Origin: Flavobacteriaceae bacterium
Lineage (GTDB): Bacteria > Bacteroidota > Bacteroidia > Flavobacteriales > Flavobacteriaceae
NCBI GenBank assembly: GCA_965224465.1
Contig: OZ245049.1
Span: 2,490,001-2,522,000 of the forward strand
Length of the DNA: 32,000 nt
Direction of reading: 5' to 3'
Positions within the stretch are counted from its first letter, which is position 1, and every line of letters begins with the position of its first letter. The notes below the pieces were generated by a model, which worked only from the letters and a program-made list of their open reading frames with translations, made no database searches and was not told the DNA's origin. Both the position numbers and the translations under genes were made by a program. Positions 17,801 to 24,984 of this stretch are shown in pieces.

Positions 17801-17914
17801 GGGCGTTCCCCAAGGGTCGGGCTATACGCTCATACGCTTCGGTATTTTCAGTTTGGAGTACTACTTCCTCCAACCTAAAAATACCTGCAGGGTAACCGCT
17901 CCTATCCCTAACGC
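17801..17914. repeat. Long imperfect hairpin element with GGGCTAT.CGCT / CCGCTCCTATCCC flanks
   Basis: GGTATTTTCAGTTTGGAG (17841-17858) pairs with CTCCAACCTAAAAATACC (17868-17885) at 16 of 18 positions around a 9-nt loop. It is flanked by GGGCGTTCCCCAAGGGTCGGGCTATACGCTCATACGC and GCAGGGTAACCGCTCCTATCCCTAACGC. The two overlapping track ORFs here (17701-17895 + and 17763-17963 -) look spurious. Confidence 0.5.
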
Positions 17915-18249
17915 AAATGAGTATTGAGATGTTAGAATGGAGAGACAAGAAAAAATGTAACATACATAAATGTCCCTAATGTAAATAACCAACAATATTC
18001 AGGAAACGTCCTAACAAACAGCAATCAATACCACAAACCGATGCATAGGAAAGAACATAAAAGTATATGACCTAAAAAAGTGACATCTATCAAGGTTCGT
18101 TCTCGATAGCCTTTCTATTATTAAATGCGCTCACCGTTTTTATAGATTTTAAAGATAACAAAACTCTCACAGCTGCAAGAGAACTCACTCTTTCCTTTAT
18201 AACAGTTCCGTTTTAGGTAACTATTTAGATAAAATTGATCTTTTAAAAC

Positions 18250-18364
18250 GGCACAAGTTGAACGGATTTAGTTTTTTATCTATTAACTAAGTGGCACAAG
18301 TTGACGATAATCACTGGCACTAACCGACCGTAATTGCTGGCACAAATAGAACTGTGGTAGCCAC
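18250..18364 (+). repeat. TGGCAC iteron-like array
   Basis: GGCACAAGTTGA occurs at 18250-18261 and again at 18293-18304. Three consecutive 23-nt units each start with (G/C)TGGCAC, at 18291, 18314 and 18337. The array ends in the palindrome GTGG-TAG-CCAC (18354-18364). Confidence 0.5.
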
Positions 18365-18446
18365 TTTAAGTTTATAAAAATCTAACTTTACACCCAAGGA
18401 CTTAAAACCCATTGCTTCTGCTGCATCACTTAATTTTATTAAATTA

Positions 18447-20018
18447 CTCAAGTTTCGCACTTAGATAGATTTACGCAACCTCTTGATAGTTAAGCTTGTG
18501 GATATTCACTAGGAATCCAAAATCTTCAATATTCGCTATTATTTTACGTGTAACCATTTCAACATCAATAGATTCAATCATCTTTTCCAAAATGTCAATC
18601 ACCAAGCTGATAACTGCTAATATCCTGATGTTTAGCTTATTCTCTATATAATCTTGTTTTAAATCTTTAAACAAGCCTCCTATAGTTTCGTAGGCTTCCA
18701 TTCTATATCGAATACTGGTGAGTAAATATTGAACCATTATAATGCTTATTTGTGCGATTTGAATATCGAAATTAGTAGACTGACATTTTCCAAGACCAAA
18801 CAACTGCTTAGCTTCTTTAAAAAACACTTCTATGGACCATCTGATACTGTATATTTCAATAGCCTTTACAAATTTCAGTGTTGTATCCGTTGATATTAAC
18901 GTGTGCCATTTGCCATTCTTTCCACCTTTTGAAATAAATACAGCAACCTTAAGACCATCAATTTCAGTTATGTAATGATGGTAGTAATAATTGAATTTAC
19001 GGCATCGTTTTGGTTTTATTTTCTGTTTTTTGAGTTGTGACAACGTTTTTATCTTTGATCGAACTTCAATCTTACTGTTGTATTTATACATCCCAATAAT
19101 ATGAGTTGAACTACTAATGTTCCGTAGCTTTCTAAGTAATTTAACACTTGTAAACCAGGTATCTATTAAGATGTAATCTATGGGGATTTTACGTTTTACA
19201 AGCCTTGAGAACATTTGAACTAGCAGGTCTGTTTTCTTTTTATTGAGTTCCTGATACCTCTTTGCTGCAATTGTTTTACTACATCTTGGAGTTTTCTTTT
19301 GAAGCCTACGTTGCTTCGCCGTTAGACCGTATTTTAATTTTGATGTTTTACTTTCACGATGCAAACTAAAGTCAACAGGGATAAATACACTTCCATTCCA
19401 ATAACCAGCTACAAGTAGCTTAAAGCCTAGGTAATACGTTTTTGACACATGGTTGTATATTTTTGAAACACCTTCAATTGTCTTTCCTGTTTTAGAAAGA
19501 TCAGTATCGTCAAAGATCAAGCACTTTGTAGCGTCTTGAGATGGAGTAAAGAACTCTTCTTTTAATAGATATTGCTTCACAAACTGAGCTAGAAAAACCC
19601 TCCAATTTATCTTTTGATTTGCTAGGATTCGATAGTATGAATCTTTACCCGACTGACCTAATCCCTTGTCTTTACTACTTGTAAGTCCATGAATAGAATC
19701 AAATCCGATAATAGGTAAAATTAAAAGTGTAGAGATTAAATTACCGAATGAAATCCCCGATTTCTTACACCAACTAAACTTGTTTTTAATTTTATTGAAT
19801 CCTAAAATATTTAGATGTGCTTGTAGGTATTCTGAACTAAGCCAAATCTTATTAAATTTTCCTTTTATCTCCTGTGTTTTTGTGATATCTTCGTGTTCTA
19901 GCATGTTTTGTACTTTCTTGTTCGTACTTAAAAGTACAATAAAACCAGGGGATTACCTTGGTTTTCATGCTATTTATTTTTACTTAAACACCTGTAAATG
20001 ATGGGTGCGAAACTTGAG
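18447..20018 (-). mobile_element. Intact IS4-family insertion sequence (~1.57 kb)
   Basis: Perfect 14-bp terminal inverted repeats: CTCAAGTTTCGCAC (18447-18460) and GTGCGAAACTTGAG (20005-20018). Flanked by the direct repeat TTAAATTA (18439-18446 and 20019-20026), which could be read as 10 bp TTAAATTACT with 12-bp inverted repeats. It carries a single transposase ORF. Confidence 0.85.
18471..19904 (-). CDS. IS4-family DDE transposase
   Basis: 477 aa. YSIRWSIEVFFKEAK fits the IS4 signature Y-(2)-R-(3)-E-(6)-K exactly. Candidate catalytic Asp regions are LIFDDTD and ILIDTWF. Confidence 0.85.
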   Translation of the reverse strand: MLEHEDITKTQEIKGKFNKIWLSSEYLQAHLNILGFNKIKNKFSWCKKSGISFGNLISTLLILPIIGFDSIHGLTSSKDKGLGQSGKDSYYRILANQKINWRVFLAQFVKQYLLKEEFFTPSQDATKCLIFDDTDLSKTGKTIEGVSKIYNHVSKTYYLGFKLLVAGYWNGSVFIPVDFSLHRESKTSKLKYGLTAKQRRLQKKTPRCSKTIAAKRYQELNKKKTDLLVQMFSRLVKRKIPIDYILIDTWFTSVKLLRKLRNISSSTHIIGMYKYNSKIEVRSKIKTLSQLKKQKIKPKRCRKFNYYYHHYITEIDGLKVAVFISKGGKNGKWHTLISTDTTLKFVKAIEIYSIRWSIEVFFKEAKQLFGLGKCQSTNFDIQIAQISIIMVQYLLTSIRYRMEAYETIGGLFKDLKQDYIENKLNIRILAVISLVIDILEKMIESIDVEMVTRKIIANIEDFGFLVNIHKLNYQEVA

Positions 20019-20103
20019 TTAAATTACTACCAACGCTAGTGGATGCACACAAGTCTCTGATGTCTTGTAAAGTAATTGGTTTGCCATAATGTTTGGATAT
20101 TCT

Positions 20104-20259
20104 ACTAATTACAATCCAAAACAACCGATATAAATAGTTTATTTTACGTTCTTACATCATTAAGAAACAGAACGATAGCTAGGCGATCCATCCATTTTTC
20201 GCCTAGCTAAAATATAATTTCATTTCTAAAACGTCATTTAGAAATATAGTTGGTATTAC
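20104..20259 (-). repeat. Dispersed structured repeat, copy D (best preserved)
   Basis: ACTAATTACAATCCAAAACAACCGATATAAATAG...AACAGAACGATAGCTAGGCG...CGCCTAGCTAAAATATAATTTCATTTCTAAAACGTCATTTAGAAATATAGTTGGTATTAC. It has a perfect 9-bp hairpin ATTTCTAAA-N6-TTTAGAAAT and a perfect 9-bp stem AGCTAGGCG...CGCCTAGCT. It lies 109 nt downstream of the TlpA-like gene stop, in the same orientation. Confidence 0.8.
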
Positions 20260-20368
20260 TGATTATTTTAATTTCTAAGTCTTTTTAATACACCCGAGTT
20301 TTACTATATCTTTTGCTGAAAAATAGTATTCGTTATTTATAGCCTTTATTTTTTATTAATGGTTACGT

Positions 20369-21520
20369 TTATAAACGAACCAAACTATCAATTCTTTTTT
20401 CCAAAAGACCTATATCAACGCTACCTGAAATCGATTTGTAAATTCTGCCCTTCTTGTCAATTAAAACAAAATCTGGTATTTCTTGAATGTCATATTTTAA
20501 AGCTACATCGTCGTTGACTCCTTCTAAATTTGATAAACTCACCCAATTTATTTTATCTTTTTCCACCATTTTTCTCCATCTTTTTTCACTTCTATCTAAG
20601 GAGTAATTTATTACTAGAAAGTCCTTTTTATCAAATTTATTTATGAATTTTGGAATCACATTTCTGCTAAATTCACGACAGGAAGCACACCAAGAAGCTC
20701 CAAAATCAAGTAGAATAACCTTTCCTTCAAAATCTGACAAACGAACGATTTTCCCATCTAAGTCCTTTGCTTCAAAATCTGTAAATAAGTCTCCATTTTT
20801 TAGTTTTTTATAGGTTAGATATTTTTTTAGTTTTTGTCCGTTAACCGATCTTTTAAATTGAGGATTCAAACGTTCATAGAATAATTTGAAACTATCAATT
20901 GGTATTCCATTTTTTTTGTGACTGAGAACTGTTATTATGGAATGATCCTGGTTCGGATTGTTAAATACGAAACTCCAATGTTGTTTTTTCTTTAAGTTTG
21001 CAAATTTTTCATAGACTTTATTTATGTCTTCTTTTACCTTGCTATTTTTCACAGCTTCGTTCTTATAGAATTTATTGCATTCGAACATCATTTTTATTTT
21101 GGCATCAAACGCAACCTTATTTACGATATCGTTTATCTGAGAACCTTCTATTTCACTGTTCTCAAAGTCATTAAAGCTTCCCGTGATTGCAATATTGGCG
21201 TTTTCTAACCAAAAACTCATACCATGTTCTAGGAATTGATTCGTTTTTGGGTTTCTAAATCCGATTGCAATTAATAAAGGCTTATCAATTTTTCCTTTAA
21301 GAATAAATGTCCCGTTTTTTGTATAAGTTGAATCAATAAAAAGAAACTTTTCATTTTTGTGTTGGTTTCGATCAACAATGTAAACTTTAAGGCTATCGGG
21401 AAGGGAACTGATAGTCGCATTAATAGTATACCCGTTAACAAGATTTTCAGTGTTTATTTGTCTGTTTTTTTTACAGGATGTAATTGAAATAAAAAAAAGA
21501 AGTATAAAAATATTTTTCAT
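20369..21520 (-). CDS. TlpA/AhpC-like thiol-disulfide oxidoreductase lipoprotein
   Basis: 383 aa with lipoprotein signal FFISITSC and a C-terminal thioredoxin fold with active site WCASC. Confidence 0.8.
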   Translation of the reverse strand: MKNIFILLFFISITSCKKNRQINTENLVNGYTINATISSLPDSLKVYIVDRNQHKNEKFLFIDSTYTKNGTFILKGKIDKPLLIAIGFRNPKTNQFLEHGMSFWLENANIAITGSFNDFENSEIEGSQINDIVNKVAFDAKIKMMFECNKFYKNEAVKNSKVKEDINKVYEKFANLKKKQHWSFVFNNPNQDHSIITVLSHKKNGIPIDSFKLFYERLNPQFKRSVNGQKLKKYLTYKKLKNGDLFTDFEAKDLDGKIVRLSDFEGKVILLDFGASWCASCREFSRNVIPKFINKFDKKDFLVINYSLDRSEKRWRKMVEKDKINWVSLSNLEGVNDDVALKYDIQEIPDFVLIDKKGRIYKSISGSVDIGLLEKRIDSLVRL

Positions 21521-21568
21521 ATTATTTGTGTTATTTTTTTAGTTGTGAGGCGTCAAATTGAGCCCTTA

Positions 21569-22172
21569 TTAATCAAAATTATGCACTAGCTTTACAGTAG
21601 GAATACCTATAAAAAAGACAAATCTGCAGCTGTTTGAGCAGCAATCATCTTTGGTTTCACAAACACATCCATTTTTAAAAAGTTCCTCGTGTCGTGCACG
21701 ATTATACCAATTAAAACCAACACCACCTTGACATACACCTGCCCATCATTTCAAGAAAACATCTTTTTTTTTAGTATATTTTAATGATCGTAAAACAAAA
21801 CTTGAGCATCTGTTATTCCTTTCTAGGACATAAAAAAGATTCATCCCATCAATTCCAACTTGCACAAGACAAGAAAATGGTAATTCAGTCAATAACCTAG
21901 GGGCAAGCCCACGAGGCATGAAAAAGAAAAAACCTTAATCATTTCGATGCAAGCATCGGGGAATTAAACCCACTAGTGAGATTAAATTTATCATTTGCTA
22001 TTTTTACTGCTGTATTCTGTATTTTATACAGATTCAGCGTATCCGAAATCGCCAGCAAACTTGAATGGTCTTGGTGAGGTAAAACTTGATCCTTTAAGTA
22101 TTTTGAAGTATGCTTAATTTTTAATGCTTCAATAATTTTTGTGGTAACATTCAGGAAATTGGCTGTTTCCAT
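21569..22172 (-). pseudogene. Frameshifted and truncated remnant of a peptidase-C39-like (VKOR/thioredoxin-associated) gene
   Basis: The 77-aa ORF (21939-22172) looks like only the N-terminal part of a C39-like domain (ALKIKHTSKYLKDQVLPHQDHSSLLAISDTLNLYKIQNTAVKI). The expected continuation (ELPFSCLVQVGIDGMNLFYVLERNN...DVFLK) is in another frame at 21746-21886, and a third piece (WAGVCQ...) is in a further frame down to 21569. The family assignment is from memory. Confidence 0.5.
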
Positions 22173-22481
22173 ATATGTATCAAAATTAAATCACACACAC
22201 TTGCTAATCATCAATCAACAAAGTAACGTATTCAAAGGGGGTTTTGTTTTTTTAATATCACGTATTAACACTAACAATAATAAGCACTTATTTCCAAACA
22301 TCTTGTAAAAATATTACTAAAATTCAGTAACTTATTACGGATTTCAATTGCCTTTGTTTAACTATCCTTAGTAACATTCTTTGTAACCGATCCGTTTCTG
22401 TTTTTCAACTAGGTTATTAATACCATCAAAACAAGATTACTTATTTCAATAACTAAAATCTCATATCCCAATCAATAACCG

Positions 22482-22489
22482 TACTTTTG
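22482..22489 (+). promoter_or_regulatory. Candidate -7 box (TACTTTTG) for the SseB-like gene
   Basis: TAnnTTTG match 32 nt upstream of ATG 22521. Confidence 0.35.
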
Positions 22490-22520
22490 CAGAAATTGAA
22501 TCCAATACACACGAATCGCC

Positions 22521-23159
22521 ATGCAAGAGAACCACAAAGAATATCAAAATATAATTGAAGATTTAATTGGTTTTTTCGACGAGAAAAAAAATATCAAGGC
22601 GGCTTATTTTGGCATGTTACATCAAGAAGGCGAAGACAAAAGTCAGTTAGTACTCGCTGTGACACATACTGGAAACTTAGAACATATCAAAAAATTGGTA
22701 CATGCCATAAAGCATAAACACCATCCCACACTCGAATTGTCTTTTGCATCTCCTGAAGATCAAGAAGATGTATTTGAGTTTGTAAGAAACACTAATTTTG
22801 CGTTTTATTTGGAAAACAAGAGCTTAAACGTAGCGCAAGAAATAATGAAACAATGGTTTAGCAAGCAAAAGTACAGCACCCAATTATGGGATGCTCTGTC
22901 CACCAATGACCCCATTATTTTAGTACGAAATTTAAACGAAGAGACCTCTTCTTTTGATGTTCAAACATTTTTAAATAACAAAAAACCTTTTGTCCCTGTA
23001 TTTTCATCTCCTGAGATGTTAGCAAAATGCGGGCTAAAAAACATCCCTAATGGAATGACTGCTATTGCCTGTAATTGGAAAGAAGTTTTTGGAGAAAAAC
23101 TAAAAGGACAAACTGCTATTTTAAACCCTGGAACTCATTTTCAAATACGATTTAACTAG
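22521..23159 (+). CDS. SseB-family-like protein (putative)
   Basis: 212 aa and cytoplasmic. The C-terminal half has the FVPVFSSPEMLAK-type motif that I associate with SseB N-domain proteins. Weak call based on motif memory only. Confidence 0.4.
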   Translation: MQENHKEYQNIIEDLIGFFDEKKNIKAAYFGMLHQEGEDKSQLVLAVTHTGNLEHIKKLVHAIKHKHHPTLELSFASPEDQEDVFEFVRNTNFAFYLENKSLNVAQEIMKQWFSKQKYSTQLWDALSTNDPIILVRNLNEETSSFDVQTFLNNKKPFVPVFSSPEMLAKCGLKNIPNGMTAIACNWKEVFGEKLKGQTAILNPGTHFQIRFN

Positions 23160-23161
23160 TA

Positions 23162-23265
23162 TTTACACCAAATACATTTCCAAGTGACAGTTTTGAAATG
23201 GAATTAGTTCCCACAAGCTACCTGTTAAAAACAAGTTACCATAAAAGGCTATGCTATTAGAACTT
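23162..23265 (+). repeat. Dispersed structured repeat, copy E (diverged 3' half)
   Basis: TTTACACCAAATACATTTCCAAGTGACAGTTTTGAAATGGAATTAG matches the first ~45 nt of copy A closely, and the later AAGGCTATGCTATTAGAAC matches weakly. It starts 2 nt after the SseB-like stop codon. Confidence 0.6.
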
Positions 23266-23458
23266 CTATTTTGTAAAAAATAATTCAATATAAAGATACG
23301 CTTTACAAAAGCTGCGAAATTTTGACCTTCAAAAAAATATTGAAGACACTACTCTCCTAATTTTTACACAAAAACGATTTGTTAAAAACGACAAGATCTC
23401 TACAGTAACATTTACACATAAATCCACTGTTACTTTTTTTATGGGAGTTCCCTCTGGT

Positions 23459-24283
23459 TTAGCTCAAACCAACATCCAAGGTCATCATTACCATAAACCC
23501 GACAATAAACCCCATGGTAGCAATATCCGTATATTTATCTCGCTGCGTTTCTGGAATCACCTCTTCTACAACAACAAAAATCATAGCACCTGCCGCAAAC
23601 GACAATGCATAAGGTAAAATAGGCTGAAATGTCATTACTGCCCAAGCACCAATTACGGCAGCAATAGGTTCTACTAAGGCAGAAGATTGACCGTACATAA
23701 AACTCTTAAACTTACTTACGCCTTGTCTTCTGATAGGCATAGAAACTGCAAATCCCTCGGGGAAATTCTGTAAACCAATCCCAATTGCCAAGGCAACAGC
23801 GCCACCAATAGTAGCTCCATCAAAACCCGCAGCAACACCTCCAAACAACACCCCTACAGCCAATCCTTCAGGTATATTGTGTAAAGTAATAGCCAAGACC
23901 AATAAGGTAGTTTTATGCCAAGGAGTTTTCACTCCTTCTTTTTCTGATTCTTTAAAATTTACATGTAAATGTGGCAATACTTTGTCCAAGCCAAAGAGAA
24001 ATAAAGCTCCTAAACCGAAACCAACCACTGCTGGAATCACTTTTTCAAACCCCTCCCCTGGACTCATTTCTATCCCTGGCGCTAACAAACTCCAGAAACT
24101 TGCAGCCACCATTACTCCACCAGTAAAACCTAACATACCATCAAATACCGCACGGTTCATTCCTTTAAATAAAAACACCAATGCCGCACCCAAAGCAGTT
24201 AAAAACCACGTAAAAAGTGTCGCGTATAAAGCAGCTAAAATAGGATCTATACTTCCCATGTACTCCACAATTTGTTCTAACAT
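23459..24283 (-). CDS. ZIP-family divalent metal transporter (ZupT/GufA-like)
   Basis: 274 aa, polytopic and Gly/Ala-rich, with the ZIP motifs HNIPEGLAVG and QNFPEGFAV. Its start is 3 nt downstream of the regulator's stop, so it is probably in an operon with it. Confidence 0.85.
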   Translation of the reverse strand: MLEQIVEYMGSIDPILAALYATLFTWFLTALGAALVFLFKGMNRAVFDGMLGFTGGVMVAASFWSLLAPGIEMSPGEGFEKVIPAVVGFGLGALFLFGLDKVLPHLHVNFKESEKEGVKTPWHKTTLLVLAITLHNIPEGLAVGVLFGGVAAGFDGATIGGAVALAIGIGLQNFPEGFAVSMPIRRQGVSKFKSFMYGQSSALVEPIAAVIGAWAVMTFQPILPYALSFAAGAMIFVVVEEVIPETQRDKYTDIATMGFIVGFMVMMTLDVGLS

Positions 24284-24286
24284 GAT

Positions 24287-24958
24287 CTATTTTTTTACAT
24301 ATAAATTTTTTGATATTTGGTAAGAAACCGTTGTTACATTTTTATCAATTTCTATTTGCATAGACTGATCAAATTCCTCTAATGACAAGATTTTTATAGT
24401 GTTTCCCAAGCGAATATTAGCATTGTCCAAAAACTTTAAAAACGAGGAAGAAGAGTCCTTTACCCCTATTACAATACAGGATGCATTTACTGCTACGGAA
24501 GACAACATCACATTTTTATGATGTTTAATAACTCCGTCTTTGTCTGGAATAGGATCTCCATGAGGATCATAACTAGGAAAATTCAAAAACTGATCCAACC
24601 TATCCACAAGACTGTCTGATTTTACATGCTCCATCTGTTCTGCAATATCATGAACTTCATCCCAATTAAAATCTAATGTATCAACTAAAAAACACTCCCA
24701 CAACCGATGACTTCTCAAGGTACTTACAGCAATTGCCACGCCCTTGGAAGTTAATAATGTCCCCTTGTACTTCTTGTGTTCTACCAAGCCTTTTTCTGAT
24801 AACTTCTTAATCATATCTGTGACAGAAGAGGCTTTGGTATTCATTTTCGAAGCAATCTGATTTGTATTCACACTTTTACCAGTGTCAATTCCAACACTAT
24901 AAATAGCTTTTAAATAATTTTCTTCGGCTTGTGATAATTCTGATTTCATATACTGCAA
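24287..24958 (-). CDS. DtxR/MntR-family metal-dependent transcriptional regulator with a C-terminal FeoA-like domain
   Basis: 223 aa with N-terminal AEENYLKAIY...wHTH, a central metal-binding/dimerisation region (HRLWECFL...EVHDIAEQMEH), and a C-terminal SH3/FeoA-like domain. The start could be 24958 or 24949. Confidence 0.85.
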   Translation of the reverse strand: MQYMKSELSQAEENYLKAIYSVGIDTGKSVNTNQIASKMNTKASSVTDMIKKLSEKGLVEHKKYKGTLLTSKGVAIAVSTLRSHRLWECFLVDTLDFNWDEVHDIAEQMEHVKSDSLVDRLDQFLNFPSYDPHGDPIPDKDGVIKHHKNVMLSSVAVNASCIVIGVKDSSSSFLKFLDNANIRLGNTIKILSLEEFDQSMQIEIDKNVTTVSYQISKNLYVKK

Positions 24959-24984
24959 ATATACATTTTATTTGAGAGTAATAA

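Noticed and set aside
17701-17963. Overlapping ORFs 17701-17895 (+) and 17763-17963 (-)
   Set aside because: Both run through the long hairpin element on opposite strands and have no start context or recognisable domains. The repeat structure explains them better.
18250-18346. TGGCAC motifs read as sigma-54 (-24/-12) promoters
   Set aside because: None is followed by TTGC at the required spacing (TGGCAC-N5-TTGC). The 23-nt phasing fits a binding-site array better than promoters.
19780-20001. ORF 19780-20001 (+) at the IS end
   Set aside because: It overlaps the transposase start and 5' UTR on the opposite strand inside the IS, and has no coding signals.
20029-20097. 22-codon ORF (MANQLLYKTSETCVHPLALVVI, minus strand) starting just downstream of repeat copy D, at a similar offset to the XRE gene's start after copy C
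   Set aside because: It is too short and has no similarity to the XRE N-terminus. Its stop lies in the IS target-site sequence, which belongs to the original target DNA, so the IS did not truncate a longer gene.
21569-21745. Cys-rich reading frame (…VCQGG/VGFNWYNRARHEELFKNGCVCETKDDCCSNSCRF…) as a double-glycine bacteriocin precursor
   Set aside because: There is no start codon in frame; a TGA lies immediately upstream. The sequence continues from the C39-like remnant in the adjacent frame, so it is more simply part of a pseudogene.
23877-24323. ORF 23877-24323 (+) opposite the ZIP transporter gene
   Set aside because: It is antisense to a gene with clear ZIP motifs, and its Lys/Pro/Thr-rich translation is typical of a mirror frame.
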